Notes under the pieces: model-generated
The model's input: only the letters and a program-made list of their open reading frames with translations
Database searches by the model: none
What the model was told of the DNA's origin: nothing
In this document: positions 32,405 to 43,398 of the stretch, in pieces
How positions within the stretch are numbered: position 1 is the first letter of the stretch
Layout: every line of letters begins with the position of its first letter
Program-made: the position numbers and the translations under genes
NCBI GenBank assembly: GCA_946965045.2
Contig: OX337240.1
Span: 620,001-684,000, forward strand
DNA length: 64,000 nucleotides
From: Epithemia pelagica
Lineage: Eukaryota > Protista > Bacillariophyta
Direction of reading: 5' to 3'

Positions 32405-35400
32405 TGAGGGTGGTTCAAGTAAACCCAAAAGCATCCGGATGCAGCTCAGCTACAAGGTAGGCGGTTGGGATGGCCCTCCACCATGGTCGTTAGACAACAA
32501 CCGTTTTTTCATCATTTTCGACGGAATTCTAGCGTTCGGAAGCTGTCACACATCACGGTACGAATAAAAAAATTTATTATTCAGACACTGGGTTGTCACG
32601 AGTCGGACACTTTCATTCACTAGTCAGGCCAAACGCTATTGAGGATTATATTTTATGGTACTAAATCTACGAGGGGTCTACGTCAGGAACATACTCCCTG
32701 AACTCAGCTTGTACGTACAATGACAAGAAGTTGTGTGAAAAGGACAGACAATACAAGAAGAGAATGATGAAGGTGTGGCAAGGGTTCCAGTCATGTATTG
32801 ACAAATGTCACAATTCTGACCCAGAGTCCTTTTTCATTGGGCCACACACTGGTTCGTTCAAGCAAAATGGGCAGTGCACGTGCAAGAAGTAGCTAGCAAT
32901 AACTAGGTAGTTCATATTCTATATAGAGTTTCATACTGTGTGCAATAGGAGCATCTTGCTTGCAGTCGTGCCATGTGAATGCTGCATAGTGTATACTCTA
33001 TGAAGTCTTGTGGAATTGTGGGGTCGAGGATGTGACGTATGTCTACATCACAGGAGTGGCGGGCGCGGGATTCACTTGCATGCTCTACTATGGCCCGCAT
33101 TACTCTCTATCAAAGAGTACGAAAAATTGACCAAAATCGACCCTCGACAGAATACAAGCTGAGTTCAGGGAGTATGTTCCTGACGTAGACCCCTCGTAGA
33201 TTTAGTACCATAGAGTATAATCCTTAATAGCGTTTGGCCTTACTAGTGAATGAAAGTGTCCGACTCGCGACTTCCCAGAGTCTTAGGATATATTTTTATG
33301 TGTTTTACTGTGTTGCGTGACAGCTTCCGAACGCTGGAATTCCGTCCAAAATGATGAAAAAACGGTTGTTGTCTAACGACCATGGTGGAGGGCCTCCCAG
33401 ACCCGTTGAACTGTTGCCGAGCTGCATCCGGATGCTTTAGGGTTTACTTGAACCACCCCCAATGGGGCAACAGTTCAACGCATCGACATCATCCACAATG
33501 ACACGATCATCGGACTCACCTCACGCAGCACAGTCTCTGATGGAACGAAGTTTTTCTGGGAACAAGATTGTTGAACTGTTTCGGAAGCAGTGCTCACCCA
33601 CCGTGTTTGGATTCTGCAACAAGTGGTTCCGAGATGTCGAGCTTGTAGGATATATGAACACTTGGTTGCCAGGATTGTCTGTGCTGGAAATGAACCGTGC
33701 TTTCCGAAGAGAAAAAAGCATTGCGATGTGTTTCGATGATGTTGAAAAGCCAAACAAGTATGGCTTCTACCGCTACAGAGATACGATCAAAAGGGAACGC
33801 TTCACATTCTATTACATCTCTAAAGACACAACAACCCTGCCAGTGATGTTGGACGATCATCAAGAATGGCTGGAGGCTGCAGAAACGAACACGATTCGGC
33901 GGTCGGGACGAGCGAAGCCAACGAAGCGAAGGAACGAAGAGTCACCAGGGTTGCGTGAAGGCACGCTAAATACATCCAAGCAAGCAAGAAACACTTCAAC
34001 TCCACCAGCAATCAAGAGCACTGCAACGCAGCAACATGGTCAACCGCCACAAATTGGAGACAGCCCTACCGAAATGCAAACGTCACCACCTCACGACAAC
34101 ACAAATCAGGTGCTTGTTGGAGCAATCCAACATCCTGAATTGGCCACAGACGAAATCGGCCATGACCATCCACAGAGTTTGCCGATTGGTTTTTCAGTTT
34201 TCGAGAGTGAGATGATCCAAGGTCTATCGCAACAAATGGAAAGCGCCTGTTTTGATGAGCCAAGGAACCGTAGGCTCTTTGCCGGCAAATGCGATTCTCC
34301 AGGATTGTCAAAACGAAATCTTGAGCGATGGATAGAAACCCTTGAAAGGGCCATTTCCAACGTGGAGGCACTTCCGAATGTGGTTAACAAGGGAGACATC
34401 TTCCCCCTCAACCAGGAACAGCAACAGAGGGTACTGCTCAAGGCAACGTATTTACAACTTTCTTATAAGATAGCGTTGCTTGATATGCCACACGGTCGTA
34501 CATGGCTGAACTGCATAAGCGAAGCCATTAGCAAAATGGAACAGATTTATGGTGAAAAAGTAAAAAAACATCCCAAGACCATTGCTCGTTTTCACAGGTA
34601 CTTTCGGGAAAACGACAGTTTCCCTCATCCCAACTACCACGTTCATATTGGGAAAGAGCCATCGCCCGTCTTATTCGTTCACATACCTGAAGCAAAGGTA
34701 AAGTTTGAATGCTGGGCAAAGGAAAACCTGAGCACTCTTACAACAGAGTCTGCTCTAATGTACCTGAGGACAACATTGCTTCCGGATATGCATACCATGA
34801 TCGTACAAGAGTGCATGGATACGAATGCAACGCCAGTATCGTACGAGGCCTTCTTGGCATCGATGAAGCTTTCCACCATTTCGCAAAGCACAGCGTGGCG
34901 ATGTATGCTGCTGCAGGGTTCGTGTTCAAGGAACACACGAAAACATACTTCACTGATCGACACGAAAATGCTGAGAATGTTGCCCACAGAGCTGCTTTTG
35001 TCAAGAAGTACTTTAAGTGGGAAGAGCTGTCGTATCGGTGGGTGCAGCTCCCTACCGAGGATGCAATCAAACTTGAAAACGAAGGGAATGCGGGCAAGGA
35101 GAAGCTCTTGCCAAACAGCTTTGTATTTGAGTACACTGATGTAACAACAGGCAAGCAGATGCGGGAGTACCATGTTGATGCCTTCCCAAGCGAATTTGAA
35201 CGGTACATCAAACCAGAAAACACAATTCACAATGGAAACTTGTCACACAGGTTTCCCTCCGACCGCAAACCTGTCATCCTCATCGGCCAGGACGAATCGA
35301 TCTACAAGCAGTTTTCCTTCTCGTCTAAGGCATGGTACACTAAAGATGGCGCAACTAAAATGCTGCCAAAGGATGATGGACATGGGATGATGATCAGCGC

Positions 35401-35830
35401 TTTTGTAAGCCGATCATGGGGCTTCCTTATGAACGGAAACCCGTTGCTTGCTGCGAGTCTATTTCGGATTAATGAACTCCGTCTACATGCGACACACAAC
35501 AAATACGTCTCTACCGAGGCTGCAGTGAACCTCAATGGTCACACTGCCAAGACTCCAATTACCAATGCCCAACCGTTCACTCGCTTTTTTGAATACGGAG
35601 CAGATAAAGAGGGATATTGGAATTATGAATACATGGCCTTGCAGTTGGAGGATATTGTCGATTGCCTCGTGGTCATGTTCCCCGCCCATGACTTTGTCTT
35701 TTTGTTCGACCAAAGCAGTGGTCATGGAAAACAACAATCCGATGGGTTAAATGCTCTGAACATGAATAACGACTGGGGAGGAGCTGTTCCCAGCATGCGG
35801 GACACACAAATTATTGATCAAGCTTGCCTT

Positions 35831-36588
35831 TGTTAGGATTCTCACCGAAAACTAGGTGGCGAAACCTACAACTCATCGAATGATGCTAGTATTTTATGGC
35901 ATCCAATGACATTTTCCTAAAAGTGAGAAAAGAATGTCGGCATGCTCGCGAAACTATAAATTTGGCCACGGCATGCTCGCAGTGCACGCGTTATCGGCGA
36001 CCGCTCGGATATTAACTATGGCCCAACACGTGCGCGCCCAAAACTATCAAGTGCGCGCCTCTACTATCCGAGTACGCGCATCCACGATTCGACCTAACGG
36101 TCTATGTAATCAAAGCACGAATCACGATCACGCGAGACCATATCTCTGTTCCCACAAATCCAAGAATGCAAACAGCAACGCGCCCAGGACAAGACTTATA
36201 CCACGACAAAGCAAGAGCTGTTGCATCCCATACATGTTATCCATCACCCTATACATCCAATATACACCAATGCCGGTCTACTCCAACCAGTGAGGACCTA
36301 TCACACCAGATCCATGGCCGTATGCAAGAGCCAGGACTTCGGCACCGTCAACCACCTTAGTTAGTAATCGTCTCACAATCATTAATATCACCATTTTAAC
36401 ACTCATCTTAAGACTAACCTCTTATCAGTGGACCGACTGCCCCCACCCACGGCGGACTTCGACTTGCAACTCTTCTCTGACCCGTGGAGGATTGTTGTAT
36501 CGGTTGGTGATTCGATTGTCGGCTCAGCGAGCCTTTTACCTATCCTAACTATCTGTCTAACCCCTGTTGAATCGAGAGAAGTTTATCA
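35831..36588 (+). repeat. 5' LTR
   Basis: TGTTAGGATT...GTTTATCA. Two mismatches to the 3' LTR were seen (near 35905 and 35912). Confidence 0.97.
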
Positions 36589-36602
36589 GATTAACAGTCT
36601 CA
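36589..36602 (+). other. Putative primer-binding site complementary to the anticodon arm of tRNA-Asn(GUU)
   Basis: GATTAACAGTCTCA abuts the LTR; its reverse complement TGAGA-CTGTTAA-TC reads as stem, GTT loop, stem. Confidence 0.65.
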
Positions 36603-36626
36603 TCGTTTATTTCCGAGAAGCTTTCG

Positions 36627-37382
36627 ATGTCTCACGACGATTCCAACCTCTCTATTCGACACATCTTTCATTCCTTCCAACAAAGCGGGGAGGAACTCCA
36701 TCCACCCGTGGCCCATCCGGGCGAGCCCTTGATTGAAACTCCGAAACCGACCCCGACTCAGGCCAGTGCTCCGAATCCCTTCCAGACCCCGGACCAAGTG
36801 GTCCAGCCTCCTTCGATCCCGACCCAACCTTCGACTCCGCCTCGCCGTTTGAACCCTACTCGCACCCGACGTACGAGCCGTCTTCTTACTGCGCATATCC
36901 GACACTTCCGCGAGCCGACTGAGTCGACTACCGACCCCGACGTGATCCGTTCCACAACCGAACGCGAGATCGATTTTCAGTCCGTCCAACCCGTGACTGA
37001 CCTTGAGGACATCCAACGACTTCTCGACCTCTTGAACCAGTGCTCGAGACGCCGTTTCATTGTCCAAGCCCTGTTGGGCAACCCTGTGGAACCCATCCGT
37101 ATTCGATTCATCTCCTTTGAACGTCCAACCAACTACTTCCACACCATCTGGATCGTCAACTCGACGACGAATCCGCTACCTACCCCGACTACTCGTCTCG
37201 ACGAGTACGTCTCCTTTGTTCACGAGATCCATCTCTGCCAGGATTTCCGTGCGACTATCTACCCTCTCTTCACTCAACACGTGAACCACTTGTTGGAAGA
37301 CGACGACGTTGAAGAACTAGCCACTACAGTGACCGATTCCGCATCTCGTCTTCAGTACCGAGCCGAAAGTGACCAAGAATAA
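36627..37382 (+). CDS. Extra ORF upstream of gag-pol in the Copia element (251 aa)
   Basis: ATG at 36627, just after the PBS. Pro/Thr-rich N-half and globular-looking C-half; no recognised domain. Confidence 0.65.
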   Translation: MSHDDSNLSIRHIFHSFQQSGEELHPPVAHPGEPLIETPKPTPTQASAPNPFQTPDQVVQPPSIPTQPSTPPRRLNPTRTRRTSRLLTAHIRHFREPTESTTDPDVIRSTTEREIDFQSVQPVTDLEDIQRLLDLLNQCSRRRFIVQALLGNPVEPIRIRFISFERPTNYFHTIWIVNSTTNPLPTPTTRLDEYVSFVHEIHLCQDFRATIYPLFTQHVNHLLEDDDVEELATTVTDSASRLQYRAESDQE

Positions 37383-37716
37383 GTAACTTTACGTAGTTTC
37401 TACACCAAACCAGACACAAGACCGAGTTCCGTCCAAGACTTAAACTCAACGCACATCCGGGTACCCTTGGTCGCACAACACGCCACACATTCCCGTCAAA
37501 TCGCGAAAATTCGGCGAAAATTTGTTGAAACTCGGCGAAAATTTGTCGGAATCAACGGAAATTTCCAGGAGTCGCACATCACAACACACATCCGGGTATC
37601 ACATACGTGGTACATACGTGGCACACGTGGTACATCCGGGTTCACATCACATCACACATTAAATAAACCACATCACACCGCACATTAAATAAACATCGAA
37701 CCAACCAAATAACATC

Positions 37717-40700
37717 ATGGAAGCGACACCTCCCAAGACACCGTTTACTCCTCCTGAGGACAAGTCAAGTCATATAACCGACCAAGATCTCTTCGACCAT
37801 ATAACTAAAGGCATCTTTGGTTGTAATGATGAACGAGCCCAATCACTTCAAAAGTGGATGCGACATCATGGTTTTGAACATATCCTTCATGTCCTCGACC
37901 ATGTTGCAACTGATCCCGAGGAGACACTCAAGGATCTCATGCAATACAAGGTTGGAAAGCAAGTCAACGACCTACAGACAAGTACAAGATTACAACTCAA
38001 ACTAATGGCATATTGGTTACTACAACAACGGCAACTCCAACATGGAAAACTACCCCGTGCTACATGGATGAACCTCACGAGGGACCAATATGACGATTGG
38101 AGGATCAACACCGACTTTACCAAGTCTGGTATGAACCAAGACCCAGTTTCTCCTCTGAAATCACCTGCACACTCCGTATCATCCCGATCTCCCACTACAT
38201 CCTCTACAACATCTCAATCCATGTTAGATCTCTCTGCTTTCAAGAAAGGAACCAAAAGAGATGCAACAGCATTTGAATCATTCAAAGACGAACGATACTT
38301 TGATTCGTTTTGGCGTGTATTCAAATCAACTGCGAAAGCACAAGGATTGTCGAATGTTCTTGATTTCAATTACAAGGTACCCAAGGATGACGAATGCGCA
38401 GAGTTACTTTTCCGAGAACAACAAGTCTTTGTATATTCTGTACTTGTACGTATTATCCAAACCGACCAAGGAAGAGCATACGTTCGAGAACATGAACATG
38501 ATGAAGATGCAAGAGCCGTCTTGAAGAAACTCCATGTTCTACACACTGAATCTGATCTAGCTAAGCGAGAAGTGTTACGCCTAACAAGCTACATTTCGAA
38601 TCTTCGACTGGATGACTCTTGGCGTGGTACAACTCGTCAGTTTCTCCTACATTTCCAAGAACAGCTACGACTCCTGGATAACCTTGTACCACTGTCGGAT
38701 CGTATCCATGACCATACAAGGATGACCTTCCTTATGCAAGCTGTTGAAAAAGTACCTGATTTAAGACGAGTCAAGATCTTGGATAACGTTGTCAACACAA
38801 AATCTGGAGCCAAGTCTCTCTGTTATCAATCATATTTCCGCCTGCTTCTTGATGCTGCTTTTGATCATGACCAAGCTACCCGAACTTCTGCGTCTAACCG
38901 TCGTCGTCATGTAAAGCAACATGAATTTCAGTTGGATGAACCTTTTGAACCAGTGGAGCCCCCTGACTACCAGATCAACAACACGAATATCCAATCCGAA
39001 AAGTTCCCAACTTCGTCGAAAATCAGCCTTCCAAGAGATGTATGGTTTAAACTCTCTGAAGAGGATCGGCAAATCATTGTCGACTTCAATAAATCCGTCC
39101 AAGATTCCCCGACAACTCCACGCAAGGTCCAAACACATTCTCTTGACATTGATCCTGAACCGGACCCTGATCCTGATGCCAACAACGTTGGTGATACCCA
39201 CCAAGATGCACCAGAACAAGATCCATTCGATACATCCTCTGATCCGGTTACCCAGTTCGTACACCAGGCTATTGCATCGACAGATATCAATCATCCAGCA
39301 TCTGATCTCAGCAACATCTTGTCAACTTCTACGACAAAGTCAAGTCCTAAAGTCAAGTTCAAGTCTTCTGCCGATCACAAGCAAAAGGTTCATATGTCAC
39401 GGTATCTATTCTCCCGCAAATCCACCTTTTCTGGTAATCAACTCATCGATCGAGGTGCCAATGGAGGCCTTGCAGGATCTGACATGCGCATCCTTGCCAA
39501 AACCGGACGTCATATTACCATCGTAGGTATTGACAATCATGAATTGACTGGCCTTCCAGTTGTTACCTGTGCTGCCAAGTTTGATACAAGTGATGGACCC
39601 ATTATTGGTATCTTCAATGAGTATGCCCACTATGGAAAGGGTTTATCTATCCATGCCCCAGCGCAATTTGAACATTTCGGCCTATCTGTCGACGAACGAT
39701 CCGTCAAGGTTGATGGCAAACAACGCATTACTACCCTTGATGGACGTGCATTGCCCTTACGAATCAAGGATGGCCTTGCATACATTCAATCTCTGGGAAT
39801 CCCTTCTGATGACGATATGGATAAATATCCGCATATTGTGTTCACTTCACCCCATATCTGGGATCCTTCTGTACTTGACCATACCCATCCAGACCCCCAT
39901 CAAGACCCTGCACCGAACTGGACATCTGTGGAGACTGATGGTAGTATGGAAACGTACCCCTATGACCAATATGGGGAGTATACCGATCGCGTTGTATGCA
40001 CTTTGAATCTCCTCCTTGATCTCCCATATGATCATGGCCCCGATACACCTTCCTTCTTTTCCATCTATGCTGATCAAGATGGCAACGACCCCACACTTCA
40101 TGCGTCTGTCCACAAGCTCTACAAGGAACAATACGACTGGAAGAAATTTCGCCCTTTCTTTGGGTGGCAATCGGAAGATGTAATCGCAGATACGTTCAAG
40201 CATACAACTCGTCATGGACACATTTCCTTTGACCAGGATACCTTGAAGAAACATTTTAAGGCCCGGAATCCTATCCTTAACCTACCACGACGGCATGAAC
40301 CCGTTGCCACTGACTCCATCTTCTCCGACACCCCGGCTGTTAACCATGGTGGCAAGATTGCTCAGATTTTTGTTGGTCGTGATACTTTGGTTACTGACAT
40401 TTATGGTATCAAATCTACCAAGCAATTCGTCAATACCCTCCAGGATAACATTCGTACACGTGGTGTCATGGAGACTTTGATCAGTGATGGTGGTTCGTCA
40501 CTTATTTCCCACAAGGTCAAGGATATTCTTCGCACCCTTCTGATTGGTGAATACCGTTCCGAGCCCTATCATCAACACCAGAACAAAGCTGAGAACCGCT
40601 ACCAGACCGTTAAGCGTATGACCAACGCTATCATGAATGCCTCTGGTTGCCCTGCTTCTGCATGGTTACTTTGTTTAGAATATGTGTGTGACCTCCTCAA

Positions 40701-43398
40701 TCACACTTCCTCTCCCACCCACTCTGGCCGCACCCCTCTTGAGGCTCTTACCGGTACCCCACCCGACATTACCCATCTCCTTTTCTTTCCTTTCTGGGAT
40801 GAGGTCTACTATCGTGTCGACCCTTCTGAACCTACCTCCGGTTCTTACCCTTCGTCTCCCGACGAGAAGCTTGGCCACTGGGTTGGTTTTGCCCACAATG
40901 TTGGTGATGCCTTTACTTGGAAGATCCTCACTGCCGACAACGTCATCATCTACCGTTCCGCTGTCCGTCGCGTTGCCTCCACTACCCCCAACCTTCGTGT
41001 GGATATCTCTTCAGGGGAGGAGTCGCCGCATAAACCCACTGACAAGCAAGGTGACACTGTCTTTATTCGCAGCAGAAGTGAAGACCCATCCACACCAATG
41101 CCAACAATTGACTATGACGATTTAGTTGGACGCACATTCCTTTGTGACACTGAAGAGAATGGGGAGCGCCACCGAGCACGAGTAATCAAACGAGTTGTCG
41201 ACCTGGAACAAGATGCAACCAAACAAGAAGATCGACTCAAATACATCTTTCGCAAGTCTAACTCCAATGTTGATGAGATGATCTCCTACAACCAGCTCAT
41301 GGAATACATTGAAAGGGATAATCAAGCCCAAACGACAGGGGATAGTCTCTTCCGATTCAGAGACGTTATTGCACACCAAGGACCTTTGAACTCAAGCGAC
41401 CCAGACTATAAAGGGAGTAAATATAATGTCCTTGTTGATTGGGAGACTGGGGAGACGACATACGAACCTCTATCTCTTATTGCAAATGATGACCCCATCA
41501 CAGTCGCCATCTATGCCAAGAAAAATGGTTTGCTGGATCTACCTGGATGGAAACATCTCAAGCGATACGTCAAGACAAGCAAAAGACTCATTCGAGCAGC
41601 TAAACAATCCAGGATCAAACAAGTTCGTCGCTCTATCAAGTACAAGTTTGGTTTCCAAGTACCTCGCACCTATGAAGAAGCAGTGGAACTAGACAAGCAG
41701 TTTGGGAACACGAAATGGCAAGACGCAACAGAATTGGAACTCTCACAGATCCAATCGTATAACACTTTCAAGAACCATGGAAAAGCCAAGTTCATTAATG
41801 GGAAATTGGCCAATGCACCAGAAGGATATCATAAGATAAGAGTACATCTGGTCTTTGATGTCAAGCATGACGGAAGGCACAAGGCACGACTTGTCGCAGA
41901 TGGACATCTCACCAAGGAACCCGTTGAGACCATCTATTCAGGGGTTGTCTCCATTCGCAACCTTCGCATTGCCATATTTCTTGGAACCATGAACGACATG
42001 GAAATATGGGGAGCAGATATTGGGAACGCATACCTAGAAGCATTGACAGGAGAGAAGATTTTCATCATTGCAGGACCAGAGTTCAAGGAGTTAGAAGGAC
42101 ATATCTTGATCATCTACAAGGCATTATATGGTCTCAAATCCTCAGGTGCTCGCTGGCATGACAAACTGTTTGATGTTCTCATTGATATGGGATTTTCTCC
42201 AAGCAAGGCTGACCCTGATATTTGGATGAAGAAGGCTCCTGGAGAAGACTGTTATGAATATATCGCTGTATATGTTGATGACTTAGCTATCGTTGCCATG
42301 GACCCTGAAGCTGTCTGCAAGATCTTTACAGAAAAATACAACTTCAAACTCAAAGGAGTCGGACCTATCGAGTATCATTTGGGGTGTCGTTATACCAAAG
42401 ATCCAGACGGTACACTTGTGTCTGACCCACGAAGGTACATCGAGAAGATGATGGATACCTATGAACGATTGTTCAATGAGAAACCCAAGAAAGCAAAGCC
42501 GCCAGTCATTGCTAACGATCATCCTGAACTCGATGACTCTGAGCTCTTAGATGAAGAAGGGACCCAGCATTTCCAGACTCTTATTGGACAACTGCAATGG
42601 CTAATTACCATTGGCCGTTTTGATGTCTTTCCTGCTACCATGACTCTATCAAGGTTCAGAGCTGCTCCAAGGATTGGTCATTTGAAGCGAGCTAAGCGCA
42701 TCTATGGATACCTCATGTCATTTCCTGATGGGTCTATCAGATTCCGCACTGGGGAGCCAGATTTATCAGCTTTACCTACCCAAGAATACGATTGGAGTCG
42801 TACTGTATACATGGACGCCAAGGAACGTATCCCTGAGGACTGTCCAACCCCACTTGGGCGTTTTGTGACAACTATACATTATGTCGACGCAAATCTCATG
42901 CATGATATTGTTACTGGGAAAGCAGTTACAGCCATCCTGCATTTTGTAAATGGTACACCCGTGGACTGGTACAGTAAGCGACAAGCCACAGTGGAAACAG
43001 CCACGTATGGATCTGAATTTGTTGCCGCAAGGACTGCAGTTGATCAGATCACGGAGCTACGCCTTACACTCCGATACTTGGGAGTCCCTCTGCGAGAGAA
43101 GAGTTACATGTTTGGAGATAACCGCTCTGTCGTTATCAATAGCACCACACCACACTCAATCATCTCCAAGAGGCACCATCTCCTATCCTATCACCGAGTC
43201 CGTGAAGCTATCGCTGCAAAGTACGTCGCATTCTACTGGAAAGATGGAAAGACAAACCCAGCTGATATCCTCAGTAAACATTGGGAATTCGCCGCAGTTT
43301 GGCCCATGCTCAGATCTTTGTTATTCTGGAGAGGAAAAATCCAGGAAAGTGATGAGGGAATTGACAATCCTCATTCGACGAATTGTGGGGAGTGTTAG
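37717..43398 (+). CDS. Copia gag-pol polyprotein (1893 aa)
   Basis: Protease LIDRGANGG. Integrase VATDSIF...ISDGG...KAENR. Chromodomain-like FRFRDVIAHQ...YNVLVDWETGETTYEPL. RT GADIGNAYL and YVDD. RNase H YVDANL, ETATYGSE, FGDN, NPADIL. Confidence 0.97.
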   Translation: MEATPPKTPFTPPEDKSSHITDQDLFDHITKGIFGCNDERAQSLQKWMRHHGFEHILHVLDHVATDPEETLKDLMQYKVGKQVNDLQTSTRLQLKLMAYWLLQQRQLQHGKLPRATWMNLTRDQYDDWRINTDFTKSGMNQDPVSPLKSPAHSVSSRSPTTSSTTSQSMLDLSAFKKGTKRDATAFESFKDERYFDSFWRVFKSTAKAQGLSNVLDFNYKVPKDDECAELLFREQQVFVYSVLVRIIQTDQGRAYVREHEHDEDARAVLKKLHVLHTESDLAKREVLRLTSYISNLRLDDSWRGTTRQFLLHFQEQLRLLDNLVPLSDRIHDHTRMTFLMQAVEKVPDLRRVKILDNVVNTKSGAKSLCYQSYFRLLLDAAFDHDQATRTSASNRRRHVKQHEFQLDEPFEPVEPPDYQINNTNIQSEKFPTSSKISLPRDVWFKLSEEDRQIIVDFNKSVQDSPTTPRKVQTHSLDIDPEPDPDPDANNVGDTHQDAPEQDPFDTSSDPVTQFVHQAIASTDINHPASDLSNILSTSTTKSSPKVKFKSSADHKQKVHMSRYLFSRKSTFSGNQLIDRGANGGLAGSDMRILAKTGRHITIVGIDNHELTGLPVVTCAAKFDTSDGPIIGIFNEYAHYGKGLSIHAPAQFEHFGLSVDERSVKVDGKQRITTLDGRALPLRIKDGLAYIQSLGIPSDDDMDKYPHIVFTSPHIWDPSVLDHTHPDPHQDPAPNWTSVETDGSMETYPYDQYGEYTDRVVCTLNLLLDLPYDHGPDTPSFFSIYADQDGNDPTLHASVHKLYKEQYDWKKFRPFFGWQSEDVIADTFKHTTRHGHISFDQDTLKKHFKARNPILNLPRRHEPVATDSIFSDTPAVNHGGKIAQIFVGRDTLVTDIYGIKSTKQFVNTLQDNIRTRGVMETLISDGGSSLISHKVKDILRTLLIGEYRSEPYHQHQNKAENRYQTVKRMTNAIMNASGCPASAWLLCLEYVCDLLNHTSSPTHSGRTPLEALTGTPPDITHLLFFPFWDEVYYRVDPSEPTSGSYPSSPDEKLGHWVGFAHNVGDAFTWKILTADNVIIYRSAVRRVASTTPNLRVDISSGEESPHKPTDKQGDTVFIRSRSEDPSTPMPTIDYDDLVGRTFLCDTEENGERHRARVIKRVVDLEQDATKQEDRLKYIFRKSNSNVDEMISYNQLMEYIERDNQAQTTGDSLFRFRDVIAHQGPLNSSDPDYKGSKYNVLVDWETGETTYEPLSLIANDDPITVAIYAKKNGLLDLPGWKHLKRYVKTSKRLIRAAKQSRIKQVRRSIKYKFGFQVPRTYEEAVELDKQFGNTKWQDATELELSQIQSYNTFKNHGKAKFINGKLANAPEGYHKIRVHLVFDVKHDGRHKARLVADGHLTKEPVETIYSGVVSIRNLRIAIFLGTMNDMEIWGADIGNAYLEALTGEKIFIIAGPEFKELEGHILIIYKALYGLKSSGARWHDKLFDVLIDMGFSPSKADPDIWMKKAPGEDCYEYIAVYVDDLAIVAMDPEAVCKIFTEKYNFKLKGVGPIEYHLGCRYTKDPDGTLVSDPRRYIEKMMDTYERLFNEKPKKAKPPVIANDHPELDDSELLDEEGTQHFQTLIGQLQWLITIGRFDVFPATMTLSRFRAAPRIGHLKRAKRIYGYLMSFPDGSIRFRTGEPDLSALPTQEYDWSRTVYMDAKERIPEDCPTPLGRFVTTIHYVDANLMHDIVTGKAVTAILHFVNGTPVDWYSKRQATVETATYGSEFVAARTAVDQITELRLTLRYLGVPLREKSYMFGDNRSVVINSTTPHSIISKRHHLLSYHRVREAIAAKYVAFYWKDGKTNPADILSKHWEFAAVWPMLRSLLFWRGKIQESDEGIDNPHSTNCGEC
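43387..43392 (+). other. Polypurine tract
   Basis: GGGGAG immediately before the 3' LTR. Confidence 0.7.

Larger units (their letters stand above)
22954..32711 (-). mobile_element. Large TA-flanked TIR DNA transposon, copy 1 (9758 bp; IS630/Tc1/mariner-like) with three cargo genes
   Basis: 34-bp imperfect TIR CAAGCTGAGTTCAG(AC/GG)AG(A/T)ATGTTCCTGACGTAG. TA at 22952-22953 and 32712-32713. Intact transposase ORF. Confidence 0.93.

Noticed and set aside
35934-36360. 119-aa and 64-aa ORFs repeated at 43496-43922
   Set aside because: They lie within the LTRs, are duplicated only because the LTR is, and show no domain signal.
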